Source of the DNA: Candidatus Magasanikbacteria bacterium RIFCSPHIGHO2_02_FULL_48_18 | Lineage (GTDB): Bacteria > Patescibacteriota > Patescibacteriia > Magasanikbacterales > UBA922 | DNA length: 58,008 nt | NCBI GenBank assembly: GCA_001784285.1 | Contig: MFQC01000003.1 | Span: 84,151 to 142,158 of the forward strand | Direction: 5' to 3' | Shown: positions 34,703 to 43,745 of the stretch, piece after piece | How positions within the stretch are numbered: the stretch's first letter is position 1 | Layout: every line of letters starts with the position of its first letter | Program-made: the position numbers and the translations under genes | Notes under the pieces: generated by a model | Databases searched by the model: none | What the model was told of the DNA's origin: nothing | Seen by the model: the letters and a program-made list of their open reading frames with translations, nothing else

Positions 34703-36175
34703 ATGGACCTCCAAACCGTCTGTAAAACCATTCTCACCGTCTCCAAAAAGACCGGCGTGCAGGCCTATCTTGTTGGCGGCGTTGTTCGGGACGTGTTATT
34801 GGAGAAATCATTGACGAAAGATATTGATATCGTGGTTTTGGGATCGGGTGTCGCGTTTGGAAAAGCATTCGCCGAAGAAGCGGGGGAAGAAAAAGGGACG
34901 TTTGTTCCGTTTGACGATTTTGATACGTCTCGTTTTGTGTACACCGAAGAAATCGAAGGAGAGAGAGAAATAGCGCTTTTGGAATTGGAATTTGCCGGCG
35001 CGCGTAGTGAATCATATCATATCGAATCAAGAAAACCGGCGGTAGAGCCGGCAACATTGGAACAAGATTTGTCCCGCAGGGATTTTACGATCAATGCCAT
35101 GGCCGTTCCCATTGAAGCGTGCGTCAAAAAAACATTCACCGCGGCGGATATTAAAAAATATATTGTAGATCCGTTTGGCGGACAGACCGATCTCAAAAAT
35201 AATATCCTCAAAACGCCGCTTGATCCGGACGAAACATTTTGCGACGATCCTCTGCGTATGTTTCGCGCCGCGCGGTTTGCCGCGCAACTCAATTTTTCCA
35301 TTGAAGAAAAAACAGTGGACGCAATGCTCCGCAATAAAAAGCGTATTCATATTGTTTCTCCGGAAAGAATTCAAGAAGAACTTATGAAATTGCTTGCAAC
35401 AGAGAGGCCGTCGGTGGGACTCTTTTTGCTGTATGGCACAAAACTCCTGGACGAGTGCATTCCGGAAATTGCCGAACTTGCCGGTGTTGAGGAAGTGAAA
35501 GGATACAAACATAAAGATAATTTGTCGCACACATTCGCTGTTGTTGACAATATAGCGGAACATTCACCAAAGCCCCTTCTTCGCTTTGCCGGCCTTATGC
35601 ACGATATTGCCAAGCCACGGGTAAAAAAATTTATCCGAGGCAGAGGATGGACGTTTGACATGCACGAGCATTTGGGAAAGAAAATGGCCTGGGAAATTGG
35701 AAAGAGGCTCCGCATGAGTACCAATGACATCCGCTATGTGGCGCGGCTGGTGCGATGGCACCTTCAGCCGATTGCGCTTATGGACGAAGGCGTTACTGAC
35801 AGTCCGGTCCGCCGGCTGATTGTCAATCTCAAAGATGATCTTTCAGATCTTCTTGTGTTGTGCCGCGCCGATGTCACGACCGGAAACCAAAAAAAGAAAG
35901 AACGCCGGCTGAAAAATTATGATTACCTGGAAAAAAGAATTGCGGAAGTGATTGAAAAAGATAAACTTCGCGCGTTTCAGTCTCCCCTTCGGGGAGAAGA
36001 AATTATGGAGCTCTGCGGCCTCAAGCCAGGACCGACCGTGGGAAAAATAAAGACCGCTCTTGAAGAAGCTATTCTTGATGGTGTTATCCCCAATGAATAC
36101 GAAGCGACAAAAAAATATTTTGGAGAGATAAAAGAAGGCTATCTTGCGGACGCGGAAGAATGGGAGAGAAAATAA
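34703..36175 (+). CDS. cca: CCA-adding enzyme / tRNA nucleotidyltransferase with HD domain
   Basis: YLVGGVVRDVLL, DIDIVV, RDFTINAMA and the HD region HDIAKP. Confidence 0.85.
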   Translation: MDLQTVCKTILTVSKKTGVQAYLVGGVVRDVLLEKSLTKDIDIVVLGSGVAFGKAFAEEAGEEKGTFVPFDDFDTSRFVYTEEIEGEREIALLELEFAGARSESYHIESRKPAVEPATLEQDLSRRDFTINAMAVPIEACVKKTFTAADIKKYIVDPFGGQTDLKNNILKTPLDPDETFCDDPLRMFRAARFAAQLNFSIEEKTVDAMLRNKKRIHIVSPERIQEELMKLLATERPSVGLFLLYGTKLLDECIPEIAELAGVEEVKGYKHKDNLSHTFAVVDNIAEHSPKPLLRFAGLMHDIAKPRVKKFIRGRGWTFDMHEHLGKKMAWEIGKRLRMSTNDIRYVARLVRWHLQPIALMDEGVTDSPVRRLIVNLKDDLSDLLVLCRADVTTGNQKKKERRLKNYDYLEKRIAEVIEKDKLRAFQSPLRGEEIMELCGLKPGPTVGKIKTALEEAILDGVIPNEYEATKKYFGEIKEGYLADAEEWERK

Positions 36176-36193
36176 AATGGCAGAAGACTCTTG

Positions 36194-37144
36194 TTACACC
36201 TCGTTTGGAATGCATGCGGCGCAAGAACCGCAGGGGCCTTCCTTATTTGCTCCGTTGATCGTGATCCCCAATTTTTCTTCAACCGATCGGGCAGTTGCGG
36301 TAACGGCAAGCCCTCCCAAAGAAGTTTCCCGCAATTTGGGAGAAATCAACCGTCCGATATGTTCCATTGCCTCAAGCACTTGATCAAACGGAATAAAACT
36401 TTCAATCCCCGCAATCGCCAAATCCGATGCCGCGAGCGTATACACCGCGGCAAGGGCGCTTCGTTTGACGCATGGCACTTCCACCATGCCGCCAACCGGA
36501 TCGCAGGTGAGGCCGAGCATATTTTTGAGCGCAAGCGCCGCGGCATGCAAGCATTGTTCCGGAGAGCCTCCTCGCATTTCGCTTACTGCCGCGGCGGCCA
36601 TGGCAGTGGCACTACCCACTTCGGCCTGGCATCCGCCTTCCGCTCCGGATAGTGTCGCATTTTCAGCGATAATAAGTCCGATACCGGAAGCAGTAAAGAG
36701 AGCATTGAGCAACTGGTCGTCGGACGCCATATATTTTTCTTGCGCGGCAAACAGAACACCGGGGATAATTCCGGATGAGCCGGCAGTAGGGAATGCGGTG
36801 ATACATCCCATGGATGCGTTATTCTCCGCTGTCGCAAGGGCATACAGCATGGCCCGAAGACCTGTTTCTCCAACGGCGGCGTCATGAGGGTGATGGCGAA
36901 GAAACGCATCAATTTTTTCTGTTGCTTTTCCCGACATGCCGCTTACGGAAATTTTTGGATATTCTCTCATTTGGAGAATTCCATCTTTCATGACACCCAT
37001 TCTTTTTTTCATTCGCTCTCGCACTTGTTCTTCCGTCATGTGGGAAAAATCCATTTCGTGCCTCAGCACCACTTCGTGTATGGGCATGGCATATTTTTTT
37101 GTCAGCGTCAGAAGTTCTTCTGCGGTATGAAATTGGTAATTCAT
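36194..37144 (-). CDS. sdaAA: L-serine dehydratase, alpha subunit
   Basis: GGCQAEVGSATAMAAA and GLTCDPVGGMVEVPC motifs. Confidence 0.9.
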   Translation of the reverse strand: MNYQFHTAEELLTLTKKYAMPIHEVVLRHEMDFSHMTEEQVRERMKKRMGVMKDGILQMREYPKISVSGMSGKATEKIDAFLRHHPHDAAVGETGLRAMLYALATAENNASMGCITAFPTAGSSGIIPGVLFAAQEKYMASDDQLLNALFTASGIGLIIAENATLSGAEGGCQAEVGSATAMAAAAVSEMRGGSPEQCLHAAALALKNMLGLTCDPVGGMVEVPCVKRSALAAVYTLAASDLAIAGIESFIPFDQVLEAMEHIGRLISPKLRETSLGGLAVTATARSVEEKLGITINGANKEGPCGSCAACIPNEV

Positions 37145-37151
37145 AAAAGTT

Positions 37152-37838
37152 TTACGAGTCTATGCTTGTCAGCGACCGCACAAAATACATATCATCATTT
37201 TTTTCAAATGCAAGAATATCGGCAAGAGCAATGGGGGAGTCGAGACAGACAATGGTCAGCGCTTTTCCTCCTTTGGAGAGGCGGGAATTTTGCAAATTTG
37301 CGATATTTGCGCCCTTGTCTGCTATCGCTTTGGTAATAAGCGCGAGCATGCCGGGTTTGTCTTTGTGACAAAAAATCAATGTAAAATATCTTCCAGCGGC
37401 TCCGCGAAAATCCACGTCAAACTCGTCAATTTTTTTGACTTCAATATTTCCTCCGCCAATCGAGGAGCCAACCACCTCCATGGGGGGGATCCCTTCTTTT
37501 TCTAAAGTGATTTTTACGGTATTCGGATGATATGCGATGCCCAGATCTCCGGTTTGAAATTCGTATGCCAGGCCTTGTTCTTTTGCGATGGCAAACGCCT
37601 CTTTGATACGGGGGTCCTTCGTTTGAAATTTCATAACCCCCGCAAGAAGCGCTTTGTCCGTCGCATGTCCTTTGTATACGGTTGCGAATGATCCATGGAG
37701 AAGAAAGGTTGCTTTTTCCGGTGTCGCATCAAATAAGGCTCGGGCCATTTGGCCAAGCTTGACCGCTCCTGCCGTGTGAGAACTGGACGGGCCAATCATA
37801 ATCGGCCCCGCAATGTCAAAAATGGAATATGAGCCCAT
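37152..37838 (-). CDS. sdaAB: L-serine dehydratase, beta subunit
   Basis: FDIAGPIMIGPSSSHTAGA N-terminus and a C-terminal ACT-like domain. Confidence 0.9.
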   Translation of the reverse strand: MGSYSIFDIAGPIMIGPSSSHTAGAVKLGQMARALFDATPEKATFLLHGSFATVYKGHATDKALLAGVMKFQTKDPRIKEAFAIAKEQGLAYEFQTGDLGIAYHPNTVKITLEKEGIPPMEVVGSSIGGGNIEVKKIDEFDVDFRGAAGRYFTLIFCHKDKPGMLALITKAIADKGANIANLQNSRLSKGGKALTIVCLDSPIALADILAFEKNDDMYFVRSLTSIDS

Positions 37839-37964
37839 AGTGGTGTATACCCACGATCATAGCACGTGAAAAATTTTTCGTAAATACAGCCGGGAAGATA
37901 TTCTTTGGGTGGATAAGTGCAACGTGCTAAAAGCATCTTTTTCTGGTATGATACCTGAAACTCT

Positions 37965-38669
37965 ATGGAATTTTTTTGGCATACCTTTCTCTATCAGCCG
38001 GTATTCAACGGGCTCATCTGGATTTATAACAACTGGACTGATCAAAATCTCGGCTGGGCTGTTGTCTATCTTACCCTTGTTTTGCGTGTCGCTTTGTTGC
38101 CCATTACACTCATCAATGAACGAAACAAGGTGCAAAATGAAGAGGAATTTCTTGAAGAAATCAAACGCATTGACAAAGAATTTGCAAAAGACGAAGTGCT
38201 CAAAAAAGAAGAAATCCGGCGTATCTTGCGGAAACGAAGAATTTCTCCCTGGGCAAAATCCTCGGTTCTCGCGGTGCAGGCGCTGGTGTTAGTCTTACTC
38301 TATCAAGTGTTTGTCCGAGGTATTACGGGAGAAAAAATTCTCCAGATTCTTTATCCGTGGATTGATTTTCCCGGCGTTATCAATACAAACTTTTTTGGAT
38401 TTGAATTGGGCCAAAGTCACGATATTATCTGGCCCGGCATTGTTACTATTTGGCTTTTTCTCGAAATTTATTTTGATTATAGAAAACAGCATATCCCTCT
38501 TCAGAAGGCAGACCTTCTGTATTTCATCTTTTTTCCGTCTTTTGTCTTTGTCGCATTATGGATTTTGCCTATGGTCAAGTCGCTCTTTATCTTGACATCT
38601 ATGATTTTTTCTGTTATTATTGCCGAGTTGAGTCGGATATTCTTTCGACCTAAAAAAAAGGCTCATTAA
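37965..38669 (+). CDS. yidC: YidC/Oxa1-family membrane insertase (short form)
   Basis: YQPVFNGLIWIYN....NLGWAVVYLTLVLRVALLPIT is followed by an amphipathic basic loop and further TM segments. Confidence 0.8.
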   Translation: MEFFWHTFLYQPVFNGLIWIYNNWTDQNLGWAVVYLTLVLRVALLPITLINERNKVQNEEEFLEEIKRIDKEFAKDEVLKKEEIRRILRKRRISPWAKSSVLAVQALVLVLLYQVFVRGITGEKILQILYPWIDFPGVINTNFFGFELGQSHDIIWPGIVTIWLFLEIYFDYRKQHIPLQKADLLYFIFFPSFVFVALWILPMVKSLFILTSMIFSVIIAELSRIFFRPKKKAH

Positions 38670-38728
38670 AGCGTTTATTTCTGTAAAGAGCCTGCCCGAA
38701 GGCGGTCGGGAAACTAACAATTTCTACT

Positions 38729-39325
38729 ATGTCTTCAGGACAATCACTCGATAAATTGATGTACTCGTTTGTCATGGAGGACGTCCTCAAGGGCTTTTTT
38801 ATCTACGTGCCGCCGGGATACGTGGCTTGTGTGTACGATCTTGGACGAGGAGTATTAAAAAAAGTTCTCACGCCGGGGTTGCATTTTAAAATTCCGTTCT
38901 GGCAAAAGGCAAAGCTGTTCAACACGCAAACATTGGAATACAGCATTTCCCGAGAATTCAATCCGCAAAATGAAAAAGCCATGGGAGATATTCCTACTGG
39001 CGCGGTTACCGAAGACGGCAAACGCATTGGCGTTGAAGGAACTATTTTGCTTCGTCTTGATATTCATCAAATTCCGGCTATTTGGCAAACCATTGGAGAA
39101 GATTTTGTGGCAAAAATTATTCGGCCCACGGTCCGAAGCCGCATCCGCATGGTGATGAGCCGGTTTGAATTTCACGACATTGTGGGCCAAAAACGCGATT
39201 CGGTTGAAACAGAATTGAAAAATGAACTCGAGCGCATTTTTTACTCCCGCGGTATTTATGTGGAAAATGTATTATTGAGCGAGGTCGCATCTGTCGAAGA
39301 ATACAAACGGACAGCGGCAGAGTGA
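38729..39325 (+). CDS. SPFH/Band-7 (prohibitin/HflC-like) domain protein
   Basis: PGLHFKIPFWQKAKLFNTQTLEYS and a downstream SPFH-like pattern. Confidence 0.7.
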   Translation: MSSGQSLDKLMYSFVMEDVLKGFFIYVPPGYVACVYDLGRGVLKKVLTPGLHFKIPFWQKAKLFNTQTLEYSISREFNPQNEKAMGDIPTGAVTEDGKRIGVEGTILLRLDIHQIPAIWQTIGEDFVAKIIRPTVRSRIRMVMSRFEFHDIVGQKRDSVETELKNELERIFYSRGIYVENVLLSEVASVEEYKRTAAE

Positions 39326-39340
39326 TTATTGTTTGCTTCA

Positions 39341-39371
39341 AAAAAATCATCCTTTGATAGGATGATTTTTA
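39341..39371 (+). terminator. Rho-independent terminator
   Basis: AAAAAATCATCCT-TTGAT-AGGATGATTTTT. Confidence 0.8.
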
Positions 39372-39392
39372 TTTGGTTCATGGATACCAAAT

Positions 39393-39421
39393 TTGACAAC
39401 GGTTTCGCCTGGTGTTATATT
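39393..39421 (+). promoter_or_regulatory. Consensus-like promoter of the hrcA operon
   Basis: TTGACA (39393-39398), 17-nt spacer, TATATT (39416-39421). Confidence 0.6.
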
Positions 39422-39446
39422 ATCACTCAAAGGCGAAGAGTGATAA
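39420..39446. promoter_or_regulatory. CIRCE-like HrcA operator (variant)
   Basis: TTATCACTC-N9-GAGTGATAA versus the canonical TTAGCACTC-N9-GAGTGCTAA. It has a symmetric G-to-T / C-to-A change and overlaps the -10 element. Confidence 0.75.
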
Positions 39447-39462
39447 TTCCAGACACAAATGT

Positions 39463-40143
39463 ATGGAAGAAAGAAAAGAAAAATTGCTCCGGCTCGTGAT
39501 AGAAACCTACGTTAAAACGGCTGAACCAATCGGGTCACAGTTTTTGATTGAAACAGCTGTTATGGATGTGAGCGGAGCAACTGTAAGAAACGAAATGCGA
39601 GAATTGGAAGAAGAAGGACTCTTAACGCACCCACACACGTCCGCCGGACGAATTCCAACAGAACGTGGATATATCTATTACATGGAACACCTCTTGCGGC
39701 CCGTATCCATACCCCTGCATGCCCGGGCAGAATTGAAAAAAATTGAAGAAATAGCCAATACTAAAAAACAAAAAACCAGATCCATTGCAAAGGTTGTCGC
39801 GAGCTATACCAATAGTGCGGTTATCGTTGCTTTTGGAGACGACGTCGTGTATTATACGGGCATTGGAAATCTATTTTCACAGCCAGAGTTTCAAAATTTT
39901 ACGCTTACTGTTGATGTTTCCGCCATGTTTGATGAATGCGAAAAACACATCGAAACATTACTTGAACGGATGTCAGAAAAAGAGGTAACGTCACTTATTG
40001 GATCGCAAAATCCTTTGGGCGCTGAGTGCAGTGTTGTTGGTTTTAAAAATCAACATATGACGCTTTTTTCCATTTTTGGCCCCATAAGAATGAATTACGC
40101 AAAAAATATGTCCTGTCTGTCTTATATTCAACACATGATATAA
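39463..40143 (+). CDS. hrcA: Heat-inducible transcription repressor HrcA (short, 226 aa)
   Basis: LLRLVIETYVKTAEPIGSQFL......VSGATVRNEMRELEEEGLLTHPHTSAGRIPTERGY. Confidence 0.85.
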   Translation: MEERKEKLLRLVIETYVKTAEPIGSQFLIETAVMDVSGATVRNEMRELEEEGLLTHPHTSAGRIPTERGYIYYMEHLLRPVSIPLHARAELKKIEEIANTKKQKTRSIAKVVASYTNSAVIVAFGDDVVYYTGIGNLFSQPEFQNFTLTVDVSAMFDECEKHIETLLERMSEKEVTSLIGSQNPLGAECSVVGFKNQHMTLFSIFGPIRMNYAKNMSCLSYIQHMI

Positions 40144-40150
40144 AAACTGT

Positions 40151-41023
40151 ATGTCCGAAACAGTGCCAAAAAAAGAGCGAGATATTTCCGTCATAGTTGG
40201 CCTCGTTCTTCAAAATGAAAAAGGGGAAATATGGTTTGGCCGAATGCCAAAGTGGGGGGGGCTATGGGCGATCCCGGGGGGACATGTGGAAAGAAATGAA
40301 TTGATTGAAGAGGCCGCCAGGCGAGAGATACAAGAAGAAGTCGGGCTTGATCTACAAGAATTGGAGTATCTCGGACATGCCGAATATATTGAACCAAAAG
40401 AATATCATATCCCAAAGCACTTTGTTTCGTTTGAATATCGTGCACGCGTAGACGGATGGCCGACGTGCAAAACCAATGAAGAATTTACAGAAACCCGTTG
40501 GATGACTATTGACGAAGCCCTGAAACAGCCCGACGTATGCCCCCCCACGCGGCATCTCCTCAACCAGATGCAACAAGACAAGACCTGCGTGTCATGTGAG
40601 GGACACAAAACCAAATGGCTTCGGGCGCAGGCCGATTACCAGAATTTAAAAAAAGAAATAGAAAAAATGAGAGGGGAGTGGGCGGCCATGAGCGAACTCC
40701 ACATTTTGGAAGAGTTTATTCCGGTGTATGACAATTTTAAAAAAGCTTTTGTGCATGATGTGTCGGAAGGGGATGTGACACGGTGGGAAAATTGGAAAAA
40801 AGGCATCGCGTATATTCAGAAACAATTTGGAGATATTTTACGAGCACATCAAATTGAAGAAATAAAAACCACAGGAGAACCATTTGATCCCGAACGCCAT
40901 GAAGCAGTGGGCGAAGAAAAAAAAGATGACACACCGTCCGGAATAATTCTCAAAGAAATTGATGGCGGATATATGTTGAATGGAAAGGTTGTGAAGGTGG
41001 CAAAAGTAATTATTGCAGAATAA
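40151..41023 (+). CDS. grpE: Nudix hydrolase domain fused to nucleotide-exchange factor GrpE
   Basis: Residues ~10-135 carry the Nudix box GGHVERNELIEEAARREIQEEVG. Residues ~150-290 carry the GrpE core: RAQADYQNLKKE, IPVYDNFKKA, GEPFDPERHEAV, GGYMLNGKVVKVAKVII. Confidence 0.85.
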   Translation: MSETVPKKERDISVIVGLVLQNEKGEIWFGRMPKWGGLWAIPGGHVERNELIEEAARREIQEEVGLDLQELEYLGHAEYIEPKEYHIPKHFVSFEYRARVDGWPTCKTNEEFTETRWMTIDEALKQPDVCPPTRHLLNQMQQDKTCVSCEGHKTKWLRAQADYQNLKKEIEKMRGEWAAMSELHILEEFIPVYDNFKKAFVHDVSEGDVTRWENWKKGIAYIQKQFGDILRAHQIEEIKTTGEPFDPERHEAVGEEKKDDTPSGIILKEIDGGYMLNGKVVKVAKVIIAE

Positions 41024-41057
41024 GTAAAGTAAAGTCTTAAGATAATAACTTCGATGT

Positions 41058-43001
41058 ATGCCAAAAATTCTTGGAATTGATCTTGGAACAACCAACTCCT
41101 GCATGGCCATTATTGAAGGAGGACAGCCAAAAGTGCTGGAAAACAAAGAAGGCAACCGCACAACGCCGTCGGTGGTTGCGATGTCCAAAACAGGGGAGCG
41201 CCTTGTGGGTCAATTGGCGAAACGCCAGGCAGTGACCAATCCAAAAAATACGCTCTACTCCATCAAGCGTCTTATTGGACGAAAACCGGGCGACAAAGAA
41301 GTACAGCTCGTCAAACAACACATGCCATTTGCCATTATTGAAGACGGGGATCGCGTCAAAGTCACCATGGGGGACAAAGACTACAACCCGCCGGAAATTT
41401 CGGCCATGGTATTGCAAAAACTGAAAGCCGACGCTGAGGAAAAACTGGGAGAAAAAATTGAAGAAGCGGTCATTACCGTTCCCGCCTATTTTGACGATTC
41501 ACAGCGCCAGGCAACCAAGGCGGCTGGGGAAATCGCCGGACTCAAAGTGAGCCGCATCATCAACGAACCCACCGCCGCGGCGTTTGCATACGGTTTTGAC
41601 AAAAAAACCGATCAAAAAATTGTCGTCTACGACTTGGGCGGAGGAACGTTTGATGTGTCCGTTCTTGATATTTCTCATGATGATGGGGGGCAGTCAACCG
41701 TGGAAGTCAAAGCAACCAACGGGGACACGCATCTTGGCGGAGACGATTTTGATAAAAAAATTATTGAGTGGATTTTGGAAGAATTTAAAAAAATCGAAGG
41801 GATTGATCTCTTCAAAGATCCACTGTCACTTCAGCGCGTGAAAGACGCGGCCGAGAAAGCAAAAATTGAACTTTCAAGCACGCCGGAAAGTGAAATCAAT
41901 GAGCCCTTTATTACGTCCGGAGCGGATGGCCCAAAACATCTAAATCTCAAACTCACGCGCGCAAAACTTGAAGAGCTGGTGGGGGATTTGGTAGAAAAAA
42001 CAATGGTCCCTGTCCAAAACGCGCTCAAAGATTCCGGCTACGGAAAAGGAGACATCCAGGAAGTGATTCTGGTGGGAGGCATGACCCGCATGCCGCTCGT
42101 TCAAAAAAAAGTGGAAGAATTTTTTGGCAAAAAGCCAAATGTAAGCGTGAATCCGGATGAAGTGGTAGCGATTGGCGCGGCTATTCAGGCCGGACAGCTC
42201 CAGGGCGATCTTGGAAAAGAAATCCTCTTGCTTGATGTGACGCCACTTTCTCTTGGAATTGAAACGATGGGAGGCGTCATGACAAAACTTATTGACCGAA
42301 ATACGACCATTCCAACAAAAAAAACCCAAACGTTTTCCACCGCTCAAGACAATCAGCCCAGTGTCGAAATTCATGTGCTTCAAGGTGAACGCGAAATGGC
42401 GGCCGGCAACAAAACGCTTGGCAAATTTCATTTGGATGGCATTCCACCCGCTCCGCGCGGCGTTCCCCAGGTTGAGGTGTCGTTTGATATTGATGCAAAT
42501 GGTATTTTGAATGTGTCTGCAAAAGATAAAGCAACCGGCAAACAGCAATCCATTCGCATTGAAGCGTCAAGCGGGCTGTCGGATGAAGAAGTGGAAAAAA
42601 TGAAAAAAGATGCTGAAATTCATGCGGCGGAAGATAAAAAAAAGCGTGAATTGATTGACGTAAAAAATACAGCTGATACAATGATATATACGACAGAAAA
42701 AATGATGAAAGACGTGGAAGAAAAGAAAATCGCGATTACGGATGACGAAAAAAAGAACGTTAACGACGCGCTTGGCGCGCTGAAAGAACTGAAAGACAAA
42801 GACGATATTGAAGCAATAAAAAAAGCATCTGAATCGCTTTCCACGGCCGCGCAAGCCGTTGGCATGAAGATGTACCAGCAAGAACAGCAAAAAGGCGGCG
42901 GACCAAACCAACAAAATACAGCGCCGGACGATCAAAAGTCAAATGATCCTAAAAATGATACGGTTGAAGGGGAAGTCGTCGACGATGAAGGAAAAAAGTA
43001 A
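41058..43001 (+). CDS. dnaK: Chaperone DnaK (Hsp70)
   Basis: [33 protein letters not shown] and the C-terminal lid. Confidence 0.97.
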   Translation: MPKILGIDLGTTNSCMAIIEGGQPKVLENKEGNRTTPSVVAMSKTGERLVGQLAKRQAVTNPKNTLYSIKRLIGRKPGDKEVQLVKQHMPFAIIEDGDRVKVTMGDKDYNPPEISAMVLQKLKADAEEKLGEKIEEAVITVPAYFDDSQRQATKAAGEIAGLKVSRIINEPTAAAFAYGFDKKTDQKIVVYDLGGGTFDVSVLDISHDDGGQSTVEVKATNGDTHLGGDDFDKKIIEWILEEFKKIEGIDLFKDPLSLQRVKDAAEKAKIELSSTPESEINEPFITSGADGPKHLNLKLTRAKLEELVGDLVEKTMVPVQNALKDSGYGKGDIQEVILVGGMTRMPLVQKKVEEFFGKKPNVSVNPDEVVAIGAAIQAGQLQGDLGKEILLLDVTPLSLGIETMGGVMTKLIDRNTTIPTKKTQTFSTAQDNQPSVEIHVLQGEREMAAGNKTLGKFHLDGIPPAPRGVPQVEVSFDIDANGILNVSAKDKATGKQQSIRIEASSGLSDEEVEKMKKDAEIHAAEDKKKRELIDVKNTADTMIYTTEKMMKDVEEKKIAITDDEKKNVNDALGALKELKDKDDIEAIKKASESLSTAAQAVGMKMYQQEQQKGGGPNQQNTAPDDQKSNDPKNDTVEGEVVDDEGKK

Positions 43002-43008
43002 AAAAATT

Positions 43009-43203
43009 ATGCTCCGTGATCATATCTTGAAGAAAAAAAGACAGCACCGGCAAATTGTTCTTATTGTTGGCCTCCTTGTTTTGTATGGATTGGCCGGCGG
43101 CACTGCGCTATTTTTTGACATGCGACGCATTGGTCTTGTCCCGCTTTTCATTATCTTTGTTTTGGTTGGATACATTTTAGACACGATACAAGAACACTCA
43201 TAA
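43009..43203 (+). CDS. Small two-TM membrane protein (64 aa; start uncertain)
   Basis: Basic N-terminus then IVLIVGLLVLYGLAGGTALFF and LVPLFIIFVLVGYIL. An alternative start at 42985 overlaps the dnaK end. Confidence 0.4.
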   Translation: MLRDHILKKKRQHRQIVLIVGLLVLYGLAGGTALFFDMRRIGLVPLFIIFVLVGYILDTIQEHS

Positions 43204-43206
43204 ATT

Positions 43207-43734
43207 ATGAAATCAGCCCTCTTTCTTCTCGCCGTTATTGTTGTTGGCGCACTCGGGTATTTGGCTGGCGCCGGAAAAATTGATTACAAAAAAATGACGG
43301 GGGAGATCAATCCATTCGTCCAAAAAACCGTTGACAAAGCGGGAGAGGAACTGAAAAAGGCAGGAGATTCGATCAAAGAAAAGCAAATGGACAAACTCAA
43401 AGAAGGAATTGCAGAAAGCATAAATGAAAAAGAAACGACAGACAAAAAAGAGAACGGGACGATAGCTAAATTAGACATTACCGGAAGCTGGTCTGTGGAA
43501 AAGGGACCCTACCAAAAAATTATTATTTTTGAAGATGGATCCTACAGTGCTTTTTTGAATGACAAACCGCTTATTGAGGGCAATTGGTATTTTATTGACG
43601 GCGTCTTCGCTCTTGTCGCAAAACAGAATCCGGAATTAAGCGAAGGTTTTTCTGCCATCACGAAGAACGGCGATACACTCACACTCCAAACAAACGAAGG
43701 AACTCTTACCTGGAAAAAAATTGAACAAGAATAA
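43207..43734 (+). CDS. Membrane-anchored hypothetical protein
   Basis: N-terminal TM segment ALFLLAVIVVGALGYLAGA, a charged linker, and a beta-rich C-terminal domain. Confidence 0.5.
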   Translation: MKSALFLLAVIVVGALGYLAGAGKIDYKKMTGEINPFVQKTVDKAGEELKKAGDSIKEKQMDKLKEGIAESINEKETTDKKENGTIAKLDITGSWSVEKGPYQKIIIFEDGSYSAFLNDKPLIEGNWYFIDGVFALVAKQNPELSEGFSAITKNGDTLTLQTNEGTLTWKKIEQE

Positions 43735-43745
43735 ATACGCGTACC

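Noticed and set aside
35027-35730. Antisense ORFs (178 aa and 119 aa) within cca. Similar antisense ORFs occur in metK (30425-31045), rdgB-nudix (52573-53139), greA/PBP (55549-56241) and lysS (54380-55420).
   Set aside because: Each lies opposite a gene with clear family motifs and shows no features of its own.
41940-42935. Antisense ORFs inside dnaK (202 aa, 130 aa, 122 aa, 81 aa).
   Set aside because: They lie opposite a highly conserved Hsp70 coding sequence. They are low-complexity F/K/R-rich translations.
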